Shown: one piece after another, positions 10,804 through 23,910 of the stretch | Layout: every line of letters begins with the position of its first letter | Numbering within the stretch: position 1 is the first letter of the stretch | NCBI GenBank assembly: GCA_964188305.1 | Contig: OZ076896.1 | DNA: 64,000 nucleotides | Strand: one strand, 5' to 3' | From: Podarcis bocagei | Taxonomy: Eukaryota | Notes under the pieces: model-generated | Told to the model about the DNA's origin: nothing | The model's input: the letters and a program-made list of their open reading frames with translations, nothing else | Database searches by the model: none | Position numbers and translations under genes: made by a program

Positions 10804-13800
10804 AAATCCCAGTGATTTTCATAGCTCTGTTTCAGTAGAAGAGTTAGTCTTTGAATATTTACCATTGTAAGCAACAGGATTTGAGTGCTTCGCCTTGGCT
10901 GCATCATGACTTTTATTTATTGACTGGGATCCTAAATTGACAGCTGTTCTCTCATTATTTTGTATCTTGCTGTCATCAGTAAGTGTCTAATGTATATGAA
11001 ACTATGGGCCACTGTTGGTTGTTAAAATATGACTCAATATAAAATGCATTACATTGCTAAAGTATTGGAACTTTTATTATTATTATTAGTATTAGTATTA
11101 TAAAAACTATACAAGAATAGATTATGGGGCGATTCTCTTATTACTAGGCGGGAACAGTACTTAGAGATACTTATGACTATCCAAGATGATAAATTCAGCT
11201 CATATTACTGCTTATTTTTATTAGATTGTATTAAAATGCCAAATAAACAGTTCCTTATATGTTAGCTATTCGGCATATATTTATTCAACTTCTGGAATTG
11301 TTTTAACCTAATTTTTCAGAGGTTGACAGTGATGTATTTACTTTTGAGAACAATTTCCTTTTATATACATTTCTCTTCCATTTATGTTTAAATGTGTAGT
11401 CATTGAGAAATTAGATGCTGAGTTTATAAGAGAAATATTTTTAAAACGACTTTCTAGTGATATTACAACTGTTGAAATATAACTCGAGTGTAATACCCAT
11501 CATCATACACAAAAATAGACATTGTTCATCTTCCAACATCTGAATAGCACTGGATGAGCTTTGTAGACATTGTAATAGAATCAACTAGAGAATAAGTAAG
11601 TACTTATACTTTTGTCCCCTCAAAAGCAGAAAAATGAGAACTAATGTGTGATGTTCAAGTAAATCCAACTCAGAATAGATAAACTGAAATTGATTGATTT
11701 TGGTGGGTTTACTCTGAGTATGACCTACTTGAAAATAAAATAAATACCATTCTCCTTTTACAGTGACTATTACAGCACTAATCATAAAGACACATTATAA
11801 TGTCTTCTTTCTGTGTTGCCATCTTTGATATAGTTGATGGTTGAGTGATGGAAATGTACTGTCAAATTCTTATTTGTCATTCCAGCGGAAAATAAAATTT
11901 AAGTCAAATTTTTGTTCTTAAACCTTACTAAAAGTTCAGAGTCTAAATTTGAAGTAAAAACCTGCTGGTGTTTTATCTTCTGACTGAAGAGCTTTTGTCT
12001 TCTGTAAGTTATTGGGGGTGGGGGGGCAGGAAATCCAGTATCTTTCTGAAAAATGCAGTGAATGAAAGAAGTGCTTGGGAATACAGTAAATAACTGAACA
12101 ACAATTATTAAAATTACACCAATAAGTGGAGATCCTGGGGGTGACTTGTATGTACCCAGTTCAATTGCTGCCTATATCGATTCCTGAGTTAAAAGCATAC
12201 ATTGATTGGGGAATTAAGTGCAAGAGTTGATGAAAGAGAAAATACTGCTAGTATGTACCTGAAGCTGCCCCTCCCTGACTTCACTTTGACTTTCTCTTGC
12301 GTGTAATCCCCAAACCTCTTTTTTAAAAATAAAATAATGAGCTTGGAAGTTTAAAGAGAAGTTTGAGGATCTGGACTGGATTGGGGCAAGCGAGGGGGCA
12401 GTTTATGATGGGGAAACACTGGGACAAAAAGTAAGTTGTCCTGTAGCTCCTGGCTCTTAACAGAGCCGTATAAAATACTGCTAGGCAATTTATCATCAGT
12501 TTAGAAGGAACAGATATTGAGTAACTCCTATATGCATTTTGTATTATATGACCAATCCCACAGATTTCCAATTTGTGCATGTGTGTTCATGCCTGTGTGC
12601 GCACACACAATTCTTAGGCAAGGAGCTGTGTTGCCAAACTGCTGATGCCATTTCCAAGGCTAGTTTTTACTCTCCAATTTAATTCAGTTCGCGTCAAGCT
12701 CTTTTTGAAACCTCCATTTTGGATGGCTCTATTCTATTCAGCTCTTGTGAGTAGTGAAATGGGGAATGGAAAGACTACATAGACTAAAACATTAGATGTT
12801 TGGTGTTCTGAATTATACAATACAGTATATGTATGAGGTCTCTATTTTGCCTTTGAGTTTACTGAAACCATACTGAAATGCTATAGCATAGCTTTAGCAC
12901 TGCATATTAATTCAAAGTCATCTTGTTCTGTGTTTAATATGCTGTTTTCATCGTCTAGTTAGCTTTTTGTTTGAATACATATATTTTTAACAAGTAAAAC
13001 TGGCTTTAGTTTAACATTGGACATAATTTCTGCATACTCGGCAAATTTCCCCTTTATTCCTATTTCCTATCATGAAGGAAACAACATTTTAATTTTTAAA
13101 TATATGAATAGCAATTAATATGCTAGAGCACAGTGAATATTAAAGTACAATTTCACACATACAAATTTGGATGGAATCCTTGGCCTCTATTCTGGCACAG
13201 AAGTACTACTACTTTATACCATACACTATACAAAATAATACGATGGTTTTGCTTTTAACATCTTATACTTTGCTTTGGGTTTGTCTTATTATTCCAATTA
13301 TTGGAGTGTGTTGTAACATTTGGTGGCGAGCTGTTTCCTTAGAGGCAGAGGAATATTGAACAAGAGAGTAATAGTCAATATTTCAATTATCTAGTTTTTG
13401 CATTCCAGGTCAGCTTATTTTGCGAACATAATTAAGTATATGTTTGGGTTGCATTGTTTACTGATTTGTATAGGACTCAAGCAATGGTTGAAAGTTGGCT
13501 CATGTTGAAAAATGGAATTGCCTTCAGATTCAGAAATACTCTTTCTGCCTTGGATCCAAATTTCCCATAGGGTGGCATCTCCCACTGGGGTTGGGAGCGG
13601 CTGGAGAAGGGGAAGGTGTCTTTTGCATATACCTTCCCACACCGGTGCCCTATTGAACAGTGTTAGAAGAGGTGTTGGATTTTGTAGGAGGAAGGGGGAA
13701 TTTCTTTTGTCTTGCAGGAGTTGGATCCACAATTGGATCTTCCAAGAACAGAAGGTCCTTTCCATTGGTAGAATGAACCCATTATTTCTTTACAATTCCC

Positions 13801-16037
13801 AAAAGATGCATAATATATGCTGATCGTAATAAATAATCACCAAAACAATTGTTCACATTTCGTTTCTCAAACATTTTTGAGTTTTATAAATTACCACCTT
13901 ACAGCCATATCCTTTGTTTAGTTTCTTGGTCCAAGCCTTTAAGTTTGCCATTTGTTTCGTGAATATGGATAATTCTGTCAGTACTAAAATGGCAACATTG
14001 CAGTATTTTGTGAGGCTAATAACATGTAAACTTAAGCACGATTCATTTCAGTGGATTTACTGTTGAGATAATATAGAAATATATGCTGGTTATCACCGAG
14101 ATGGCATTAGATATATTCCTATAGAGTGGATGTCAGTATTTGCAGAATCCTTCATTAGCACTACTTTGGACTTAAAAAAAAGAGATACCCACATATTTAA
14201 AATCTTAAAACTGTTGCCTGTTTAGCCATAGTGGGCTTAATAAGGCAGGATCTATCAGCACTGGATGTGCATGTGTTGTTTCATGAAAGAGAGAGAGAGA
14301 GAGAGATGTTGAAATCTGACACATAAGCACAGCATGGTTGCTGCATTGGCACATAAAGTCCCCTGCAGCCACCAGAATGGCAAACTGCATATTTTTTTAT
14401 GTTACTGATATGAAAGACAGCTAGATGCTGAACCCAGTATTGATTCCACAGCTATTTGCAAGCTTTCAGCATGATGGTCAACAATACAACTTAATAAACC
14501 TACTACTAAGGATTATGCTTGATGTATCTAGGGGATTTGTAAACTGCTGCATAGATTTTCTCCCTCTTGGGTTAGGATTCTGTGGTAATTCTTCCTGGGA
14601 GAAGAATTTGTAGGATAACTTAATGAACATTGTGAAGGCAAAACTCTTGCAAGAAAAATGCTGTTGCTATTGTAGCCTTTTTTTAAAATAGAAAGAGAGA
14701 TACATTTTTCAACAAGAAATCAGAACACTAGTCCAAACAGGCTTCTGCCTTCTGCATCAATGTGAGCGCTATTGTTTCCTGATTGTGCTACTCTTGATAA
14801 ACCCATCCAGAAGCAGAGCCCAGAAAAAGTTCTAGGACTCCATGTTATGGCAACAGCCTCCTTTATTTGTTTACTCTTGTTGGTTCAATACATTTTACAT
14901 CTTTTTACCATTCTTTGGTAGCTTGGCTTATTAAAAATTAGTGATCCATCACTAAGAGGGGTACAGTACAAGTGGTGGTTGCTTCTGACAGGGTTTTTGT
15001 GCCAAGCAACAGGAAATAATAGGGATGAAAAAGCTGCCAAAAGTGTGTCTCCCAGTTGCTAATTAGGTGAAAAAGTACCGCAACAACTAGAAGAGCTGCC
15101 ATGGCAGGCAGAGACGATTTCTTCTAAATATTGAATAAATATTACTGAATGGCAAATTAAAGGGATACGATAGCCCAATGTAGTTATAACTGTTTATGGA
15201 GCTTCCCTTCCCATCAGCTGGTTTTTTTGAAATGTATAATGCTCTTGGGGGGGGGGGTTTAGTGGAACAATGTTTATCTTGCTGACTTTATCATCAATTA
15301 CTTGAACTTTTTAACAAGCACCAACTTTAGTATCACTAAGGAATGTATTAGTGTAATGTTAGTAATGGGGGGAAGGGATGTAGTTCCTCTCTCCCAGTCA
15401 TTTGGGCAATAATTGACTATGAAAGTAAAACAAGCTATATATTTATTTTAATTTCTGGTATCCAAGGCTGCCAATCACTCCTGGCACAGACCATGCAATG
15501 GCTGCAGTGACCATAATTAGCACGGTTCCCCTAACAGTGGGAAAGGCAGGGGGTGCTTGCAGAGCTATAGCTGTCATGGGAACGATTAAAACAACTAATT
15601 GCATATTGGGCTGCTACCATTTTCAGACTGGCATTTTAGAAAATCATCAAATTCATGCTATACACGCTATTTGACTCGATAAAGCTGTATCATGTTACTG
15701 CCTCATTTGCTGTTGCTTTTTTCTACAAAATAAAAACCAGCTAATTTTTGGGTGATTTCAAGATTCCCCGCCCAATCCATATTTATCCTATCCTGTATGG
15801 TTGCTGTGTTTCAGATAGATTATATAAATAGATAAAAAACTAGTAGACTAAGATTAAAAATAGACTAGTCAACTAAGGGTGCAATCTTTTGTTTACTTCC
15901 CTTGGAGTTAATCCCATTGAAACTAGTGGAATTGTGAAGATCATTTTTCTTCTTGAATGCATTTTTGGGGGTCTTTAATATTTATTTATTTTTATTTCAG
16001 CAATTTATATTCCCATTAATCACCGTAATCTCTAAAC

Positions 16038-16325
16038 TAGGGGTCGGCAAGGTTTACCTCGCCTGGGCTGGTTCACTCCAGCGGAGATCCCTCTGTGGAC
16101 CGGATTGTGCATGTTCATGAATGTGTGCGCCTGTGATTTCTGGTGTCTGTATTTGCGCAGACATGATTTCCGGTGCTGTGGAAGTGAATCCCCATGCCGC
16201 GCCGGTTTAGCACAGCACGCGGGGACTCGCTTAGCAGGCTGCTCGGTTTGGGGGTGACTTGTGGGTTGGTTAAACAACCCCCGTGGGCCACTTGTGGCCC
16301 ATGGGTCTTAGGTTGCCTACCCCTT
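16038..16325. mobile_element. Non-autonomous hAT (Charlie-like) DNA transposon
   Basis: Ends taggggtcggcaa ... ttgcctacccctt form imperfect TIRs; 8-bp flanks ctctaaac / ctctaagt. Confidence 0.8.
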
Positions 16326-16496
16326 CTCTAAGTGATGTACAAGTAATTCAGTACAGTAAAGATCAAAAATTAAAAGTATTAGAGTTCTGTTAGAATACCT
16401 GCTGGAAAAGAAAAAGCTGGAAGTTCAATAGTAAGGGGTCTGTCTGACATTAGTGGAAAGGGAGTTCCTTAAAATTGGGCCCACAATTCTGAATCA

Positions 16497-16648
16497 CAGA
16501 ATCATAAAATTGTAGAGTTGGAAGGAACCCTGAGGATCATCTAGTCCAACCCCTGCAGTGCAGGAATATGCAGCTGTCCCATATGGGGATCAATCAAACC
16601 TCCAAGCTTGGTGTGATCAGCAGCACACTCCAACCAACTTGGCTATCC
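16497..16648 (-). mobile_element. tRNA-Ile-derived SINE with CR1 3' tail (POMSINE-like)
   Basis: Minus strand reads ggatagccaagttggttgg...ggactagatgatcctcagggttccttccaactctacaattttatgattct; homologous to 23375 and 43083; short flanking duplication ctgaat. Confidence 0.8.
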
Positions 16649-18116
16649 TGAATGCACGGCTCCTGGTGTAAGCTTTTGTATAAAATTGCTGTCTACATGT
16701 GTAATCATACAGACCGCTAATGGGGCAAATGTGAAGGATGTTATAGTTGAATTTAAACACAAAGTCAGATGCTTAGTTTCTCATCCATTGGAATGGCGAT
16801 ATGACCGCTCTTGGGTTTCTGTGACTTTCATCTGTAGAAAACAAAGCCAAGCCTATTTCTACTTTTTATCTTGTTCCATTTAGACTGCAGTTCTTTATGT
16901 ATTTATAGGACTTACTTTTGAGTAGACCTGTGTAAGGATCATACTAAAAGTTTAGGATCTCAAAAGATTTGCTTGCAAAAAAGTGCTTTTGTGCAGAAAG
17001 TTCCTTTTCTCTGGTGGTTTTTAGGTAATATCAAATGCCAATACAGATGATACTCATCTCTTTGTGTTTGTGCATTGTATGTGTGTGCATGTGTGCAAGA
17101 GGCTACAGTACGAAAGGTGACTAGAAAAACCTAGAATATGTGTGCAACAGTATACTCTATTTTTGTCCTTGAACTACTGCTAATGTACAAAATACATGCA
17201 GCACTGCTGTTGCGTATTGTATCAGTATAAAATTGTTGTTGGGAAAGTAAATGCAAACTAGTTATTTTACTAACAAACACTGCAATCAATATATTTGTGT
17301 CCCATTTGTAAAAACATTGTTGCATCTCATCTGAAAGACTAATTTTCCCCCCCTGCTACAATACTTCTTTTGTTTCATTTTTTCCTGCAACTGAGTAACA
17401 CAACTACCCCTTTGGAAGTCCACACTTAAAATTACTTTATGTGCATGTTATATTATTTGAGAACAGAATGCCAAAATAAAACACCTAAGTGACATTAAAT
17501 ATTTGATCTTTCCAGGCTGTGGAAATTAGTGGGAGCTGCTCAGAAGCCCGCAGTGCTTGAAAATGTGCATTTTCCCATCTAAGCAACTTGATTCTCTCTT
17601 AATGTTAATGCTAATGGTGCAATCGTAGTATTTTTATGGGAGCTTACTCTCAAGCAACTATGTTTATGATTGCAGCCTGAATTTTTAACTGCTTCCATTG
17701 AATAAATTGTGTCAAAATAATTCCAGGTATTGTTTCCATTTAAATCAATGAAGCTGTTCCTTTGATGTTGGCTGGTATTATAAAAATCCAGCTGTTCAAA
17801 AAGGTGCCTATTCTTCCTAATCTAATTGTACTAGGTGATGACCATTGTGGTGGATTCTTGCTGAATTGCTACCTTCTCACACCCTTGCAGCTGTGTGCTT
17901 ACATATATGCTGGTCTTGGGTGTTAGACTCAGAGTTTTATATGTAATAGATTTTTTTGGCTGAGTTCAGTCAGCTATAGGTGTGAGAAATGTCCAAATCT
18001 TTATCTGGATTTTTATTAGATTCTAGATGAAACATTTCTTTTTCTTGATTCAATAGTGTATTCAATGCTGAAGGATAAGCGAGAAATTGAATACTCATAG
18101 CCTTTACACAGTAATT

Positions 18117-18542
18117 CAGTGGTGTCCAAACTTTTCCCAAAGAGGGCCAGATTTGATGAAGTGAAGGGCTGTGAGGGCCAACCAAGGTTGTTCAGCATTT
18201 CTTAGGATTGAAGTTATTGAGGTGCGTTTTTTAAAAATTTCTCTTTATTAATTTTCATACACACATATACACACATATGTACAGAAAATAAATTCTTCAC
18301 GGAAAAAACCAATAATAAGAACAACATAACTTAATTATAACAAAACAAAACAAAACCAAAAACAAACATGTAAGTTATTGACTTCCCTCCACCTCAGTTT
18401 TGGGTTATGTAATACATTTTTCCCCGCAAAAAAAAAAGTTGTTGAGGTTTTTTAAGGGTTTTACCCCAGGACTGCAACGGGGATGGATTAAACCAACCGG
18501 TGGGCTGGATTAGGCCCCCGTAACGGACTTTGGACATGGCTG
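18117..18542. mobile_element. Non-autonomous hAT transposon interrupted by an L1 fragment
   Basis: TIRs cagtggtgtccaaac ... ctttggacatggctg; subterminal gggcc-type motifs. Confidence 0.75.
18224..18435 (-). mobile_element. L1 3'-UTR fragment nested in the hAT element
   Basis: T-rich end with tttatt; 'gacttccc' motif shared with the L1 3' UTR at ~34296; flanked by aagttattgaggt (18211-18223) / aagttgttgaggt (18436-18448). Confidence 0.6.
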
Positions 18543-18946
18543 CAACAACTACAATAGATAGTGTGATTTAAAAAAAGCCAAAATGAATGATGGTTTGGTC
18601 CTGCATAATTACTTTAAAAAACAAAACAATAGGCACCCTATATTTTCTTCATGTAATGTACCATTGAGAATTGTAGAGTATCAAGGCCAGACAATCTTGG
18701 CAAGTCTCAATTGTACGACTGCATGTTAATCACTAATGTGTTACATGCAGTGCCACTTTTTGCTGCTTGAGTTGACCCATCTTACATTACTGATTAATCT
18801 GTTTACAAATATTAATTAGCCTTACTACATTGATGACAAATATAACATATTGGATTCCCCCCTACATATAAAACTTTAATTGGGGTTGTTGGGCAAATAA
18901 GGTTGCAAATGATATAGTGTGCTGTCAGATGCTTCATTATTTCATT

Positions 18947-19255
18947 GAATCATATAATAGTAGAGTTGGAAGTAATCCTTATGGACTTGATATCCCGCCT
19001 TTCACCCCATTAAGGAGTCTCAAAGCGGCTAACAATCTCCTTTTCCCTTCCTCCCCCACAACAAACACACTGTGAGGTGAGTGAGGCTGAGAGACTTCAG
19101 AGAAGTGTAACTAGCCCAAGATAACCCAGTAGCTGCATGTGGAGGAGTGGGGAAGCGAACCCGGTTCACCAGATTACGAGTCCACCGCTCTTAATCTTTT
19201 CCCCAATGTGGTCTCGAACCCACAAACCTGAGATTAAGAATTCTTGTGCTCTACC
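18947..19255 (-). mobile_element. tRNA-Lys-derived SINE with CR1 tail, split by another SINE
   Basis: Head at ~19193-19255 (minus: ggtagagcacaagaattcttaatctcaggtttgtgggttcgagaccacattgggg, similar to tRNA-Lys-CTT). CR1-type tail at 18947-18980 (cttccaactctactattatatgattc). Confidence 0.65.
18982..19194 (-). mobile_element. tRNA-derived SINE with MIR-like core and L2-like tail (Squam3-like), 5'-truncated
   Basis: Minus strand: ttaagagcggtggactcgtaatctggtgaaccgggttcgcttcccc (B box) ... tctctcagcctcactcacctcacag ... gttagccgctttgagactcc...aaggcgggatat. Confidence 0.75.
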
Positions 19256-19285
19256 AAGGCTTCCACTGCGAAGTAATTATTATGA

Positions 19286-19290
<5 letters not shown>

Positions 19291-19341
<51 letters not shown>
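19291..19341. repeat. (AAT)17 microsatellite, tail of the adjacent L2
   Basis: Perfect run abutting the L2 3' end; gives the poly-Asn in spurious ORF 19246-19572. Confidence 0.95.
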
Positions 19342-19578
19342 TTATTATTTATACCCCGCCCATCTGGCTGGGCCTCCCCAGCCACTCTGGGTGGCTTCCA
19401 TAAAAACCAAAAAGACAGTAAAATATCACACGTTAAAAACTTCCCTGAACAGGGCTGCTTTAAGATGTCTTCTGAATGTCAGGTAGTTGTTTATCGCTTT
19501 GACATCTGCTGGAAGGGCGTTCCACAGGGTGGGCGCCACTACCGAGAAGGCCCTCTGCCTGGTTCCCTGTAGCTTTGA
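19342..19578 (-). mobile_element. L2 LINE 3' end
   Basis: tttataccccgcccatctggctgggcctccccagccactctgggtggcttcc...gagaaggccctctgcctggttccctg; the minus frame gives an L2-type RAFSVVAPTLWNALP motif; homologous to 47115 and 59846. Confidence 0.85.
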
Positions 19579-19939
19579 CTAAAATGGGCTACTATCCTGT
19601 TTCCACTTTCCTGGAAGTAAGCCTCATTGAACTACATTCTGAGAATACATTTTATAGAAGGTTGTTGTGATGCTGCAATCCTGTGCACACTCACCTGGGA
19701 CTCAATAGGACTTATTTCTTAGTAGGCCTCAGTAGGATTTCACTGTAAAGGTAGTTGAAATTTTGGGGAGCCTTGATGATGGTTTTAGATTTTAAAATAA
19801 AGCAGTGAAGTAGCCCATAGTGACTGAAGATTTCAGCGACCTTTTATTTATTGCTTCTGGATCAACTTTCACCGACTACTTTCCCGTATGCACACCAGCA
19901 CCTGACTCCAAAAGGGATTCTGCACTAGCACAGTTATCT

Positions 19940-20077
19940 AGAGGGTAGCAACATGGAGCATGTCAGATGATGTTGGACTACAGTTCCCATCATTTGTGAC
20001 CATTGGTTGTGTCTGCTGTGGCAGATGCGAGTTGTAGTCCCAACAACATACAGAGAACGCTGTTGTGGCTCTATCCG
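19940..20077. mobile_element. Degenerate palindromic hAT MITE
   Basis: Internal inverted repeat gttggactacagttc ... gagttgtagtcccaac, related to 23711-23846. Confidence 0.55.
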
Positions 20078-21534
20078 AGTTAGCAGTTAGTAGATGTAGT
20101 TCCATGCTGGTGGCCTAGTTAGCATTTGAGTTAAATTTTGTTTCCGTGCATCTCAAATACTTGTAGAGGATATCAGCGCAAATGTGGATGCTGAAGAAAA
20201 TTCAGGTCAAATATTATTAATTCTTGTTTTCGATAATTATGATCCTTCTGTAAAACTGGTGGCGGCATGGAATGTTCTATTTAAGTCCTAGATGCAGTGC
20301 CAGAGAGATATCATAAAAAATGTCAGGAATGCTTTTTACTAAACGCATCTTGGTAATACATTTTAATAGCACAATTTAAGTGAAATTCATAAAGTATGCA
20401 TCAAAGATTCTTACTGATGAGACATATGTTGTGTCTCAGTGTTTCATCATAAACTTGCATAAATTCAGAGGAGGAGGGAAGGAAGCAAAGAATGATATGA
20501 ACTAAAAGCAAAATATATCAATAGATATCATATGATGTGTATATGTAGCTACAATATTGTTCCAACGCAAATTAGATGTATTATATGATGTCAGTTAAAA
20601 AGATGAAAAGTGAATATGGCTGTTCTGTGTATTCTGGTTTTCTTATCAAGCCTGGCTTGCACTATGATTGTAAATAATTCAGTTGTCATGAACACTTTTT
20701 TATACAGAGCATTAGCACAACATTAGTCCACTGTGTCCTTTTTAACAACATACAGCACTGAAGCACGTTCCCTTTCTCTTGCAGGTATATTACAGAATGA
20801 ACTGTATTTTATTGTTTACAGCAGAACTGTACTGTAGCATTTCATTTTTTAAATATTAGCTGCCATGGCCTTTTTAGTAGGCATTTTGGAAAAATTTGGA
20901 TGCATTTGTTTTTCAGTGAGCCGTTTGCTGTTAATATTTTTTTATTGAACTAGCAGTGTTTTATATGTAGATTTTAGTGTACCTTCTGTTGGTAAATCAG
21001 TCCGTTGTGTGCCTTTGACACCGAAGCCATATCTAATGAAATCTTTAGTAGTGTGCTGTATGAGTTGTATAAATAAGGAAGAAAACGCTAAAATGACTGT
21101 GTATGTGTTTCTTTATGTAGATAAGCATACAGGAAAAAGTATTTAATTTTATATTTTGCACCTTATTTTACTGCCATGGATAAAACTTTTCCATCCAGTT
21201 TTTACTCTTGGCATCTTCAAGTGATCCCCTGCGGGCCTGGGCAGAGTTTGTCCGATGCCTGTAGCAGGAGTTAGAATAAACTTTGAAAAAAAGGAACTGG
21301 TCCCTGGAGGGGCCCCCTAGCTGCCTTAGCCCCTAGAGACCTGGGGCACATGTACCTGGCTGCCCCCCCCCCACAGGCCTGATCACACCCAGAGCCTTTC
21401 ATATTGACAAAACCTTCAAGTTTCATGGGCATTTTTGGAAAAAGGATGAATGATCCATTGATCTGTTCCATTGCCCCATGTGTCTCCTGCTGCCATATCT
21501 GACCAGAAGCAATGGTGTAGATGAAGCAATGTGC

Positions 21535-21655
21535 CAGCAAAGGCCAACATGGTGCCCTCCCAGGTGTCCTTGCAGTAAAACTCCAAACCTGTTGGCCATG
21601 CTGATGGGAGTGGGAGTCCAATAGCATCTGCAAGGCACGCTGTTGGCTACCCCTG
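21535..21655. mobile_element. Degenerate palindromic hAT MITE
   Basis: gccaacatggtgccctcc ... ggcacgctgttggctacccctg inverted ends. Confidence 0.5.
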
Positions 21656-22273
21656 ACATATGTATCTGCCTTGCTCATAATGTTGGGTAAGGTGTGGATG
21701 CTGTGTATGGAATTCTCTTCACCTGAGTGTAGAAGACAAATACTGAACTTTTAAGATAAAAGGTGGAATTAGTCTGCTGCACGTACAGTTCTAGCTGCAA
21801 CACAGGGCCCATTTCACCCTATTTATCACAGCTTTGGCAGTTGTCAAGGTGTGTGTGTGTGCGCGTGTGTATGTAGGGGAGTTATATTATAGCTTTGCCA
21901 GAGCAGTGAACAGGCTTTACAGTTAATTCCTTTCCACAACTCCCTCTTGGTATCACATTGATATAGCTGTGGCATACGTGCAAAGAACTCTGTAGAGTAA
22001 AATTGGAGGTATAAGGAAAGTCAACCGGGTGTATATTCATTTAAGAAGAAGAATCAAACAGCTCAAGCATATTTTCCGTGCTTTATTTGCTTACTGCTAC
22101 TTACATGTCACTATATTTTAGAAACCGTCCTTGTGAAGATTTATAGCATTAAAAAGGTGTTTTTTTTTCTAATCATACAAAAATCTGACATTCTTCAAAC
22201 TGCTTTGACAGTCTTAAAATCTAGTTTTGAATAAATGGTAAGAAAATCTTGTTGGAATTGAGTTCCTAATATA

Positions 22274-22515
22274 CAGTGGTACCTCGGGTTAAGAACTTAA
22301 TTTGTTCTGGAGGTCCATTCTTAACCTGAAACTGTTCTTAACCTGAGGTACCACTTTAGCTAATGGGGCCTCCCACTACCGCCACGCCACTGCCACATGA
22401 TTTCTGTTCTCATCCTTAAGCAAAGTTCTTAACCCGAGGTACTGTTTCTGGGTTAGTGGAATCTGTAACCTGAAGCATCTGTAACCTGAAGCGTCTATAA
22501 CCCGAGGTGCCACTG
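22274..22515. mobile_element. Tc1/mariner (Tigger/pogo-like) MITE
   Basis: TIRs cagtggtacctcgggtta ... taacccgaggtgccactg; TA on both sides (22272-22273, 22516-22517). Confidence 0.9.
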
Positions 22516-23374
22516 TATTAGCCTATGGGTCTTTCTCCTTCAGAAATGTGAACTATCTCTATTCTGATAATGGAATAAAGATTAAAAGAGAGAGAGGCTG
22601 ATATAGGTAAAATACCAAATGAGGAATTCACAACCAACCCACCCAAACCAAAGGTATATATGCTTGATCATATCTTGCAACTGCAGGACCAGCTTTTCAT
22701 TAGAAAATCCTCACAAGTTTTATTACTAGTTGAGATACCTTTAGTCTCAAGTATTTATGCTTCAGTATTTAAGTACATACGGTAGAAACCATATGTATAT
22801 AGAATGATATGTGGGTGTAGCCCAAGCTGGATGTAGCATCACACACATGACTTTCAAACTTGATCCAGCAGTTGCAGCTGTGCATGTGTAGTAGTCCCAT
22901 CAGATGAATGGCATTAGTATCCTCTTCTTTAACGGGCATGATTGTCATTTACCTGATTGGGCCATAAATGTGCTGTGTTGATAGCTGCTTACCTACATAC
23001 TTTCGGTTTATTAACCAATGTCTTACTGTTGTTTGGAACTTACCAATGCTTCTGGGAACAGCTTTGTGATATGATGCAATTGCTTTGCTTAATTTTTATG
23101 AGTTAAATTTACTAGCTTACCTTGAAATTTTGTAGCGAAATATAGATCACACACAAAGCACATGCATACCCCAGAAAATCTGAGCCAGATTAGAATTTGA
23201 ACTAAAATCCCTCAAACTAGCTTAACCTTTATTACTATAAGCCAGTCCAAGAAAGTTTCAGTAACCTTTCAGTGTAGTTGTGCTTGAATTTTGTGGCACA
23301 TCCAAGAGAAAGACACTTTATGAATGTGGTGTGATGATCCTGTACACTTGTATGAAATGGCCATATATTTCCAC

Positions 23375-23518
23375 AGAATTATAGAGTTGGAACGGATCCT
23401 GAGGATCATCTAGTCCAACCCCCTGCAGTGCAGGAATACACAGCTGTTCCCTAAGGGGATCGAACCTGTGACCTTGGTGTTATTAGCACCATGTTTTAAC
23501 CAACTGAGCTATCCAGGA
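23375..23518 (-). mobile_element. tRNA-Ile-derived SINE with CR1 tail (POMSINE-like)
   Basis: Minus head ggatagctcagttggttaaaacatggtgctaataacaccaaggtcacaggttcgatcccc resembles tRNA-Ile(AAT) with A and B boxes, followed by the CR1 tail ggttggactagatgatcc...ttccaactcta. Confidence 0.85.
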
Positions 23519-23710
23519 GTAGCTGTACATGGTGCATGGCAAATATGGCAATGAGGGCATTCGTTATCCATTTTTCGGAACTCCACGGTGGTACATGGGT
23601 TATAATTTTGTATTTAAGTTGTGCCTAATACAGTTATGGCTTTTTGGGTCAAACCAAACATATTGAATTGTGTTTGGCTTGCTATAGATTCAGATTAGAA
23701 GGGTCTAGAG

Positions 23711-23846
23711 CAGGCATCCCGAACCTTCAGCTCTCCAGATGTTTTGGACTACAATTCCCATCATCCCTGACCACTGGTCCTGTTGGCTAGGGTTCATGGG
23801 AATTGTAGGACAAAACATCTGGAGGGCTGCAGGTTGGGGATGCCTA
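23711..23846. mobile_element. Palindromic hAT-Charlie MITE (136 bp)
   Basis: caggcatccc ... gggatgccta ends; the whole element is an imperfect palindrome; 8-bp TSD gtctagag / atctagag (NTCTAGAN target). Confidence 0.9.
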
Positions 23847-23910
23847 ATCTAGAGGATCACTGGGAAAGCGTCTAGATTCTTAAGTGTTACTGGCATATGG
23901 TGTGCGAAAT

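Noticed and set aside
19246-19572. Poly-Asn ORF
   Set aside because: Product of the (AAT)17 tail and antisense L2 sequence.
23440-23518. tRNA-Ile-like sequence (also at ~16.6 and ~43.2 kb; tRNA-Lys-like at ~19.2 kb)
   Set aside because: Mismatched stems and fusion to CR1 tails show these are SINE heads, not tRNA genes.
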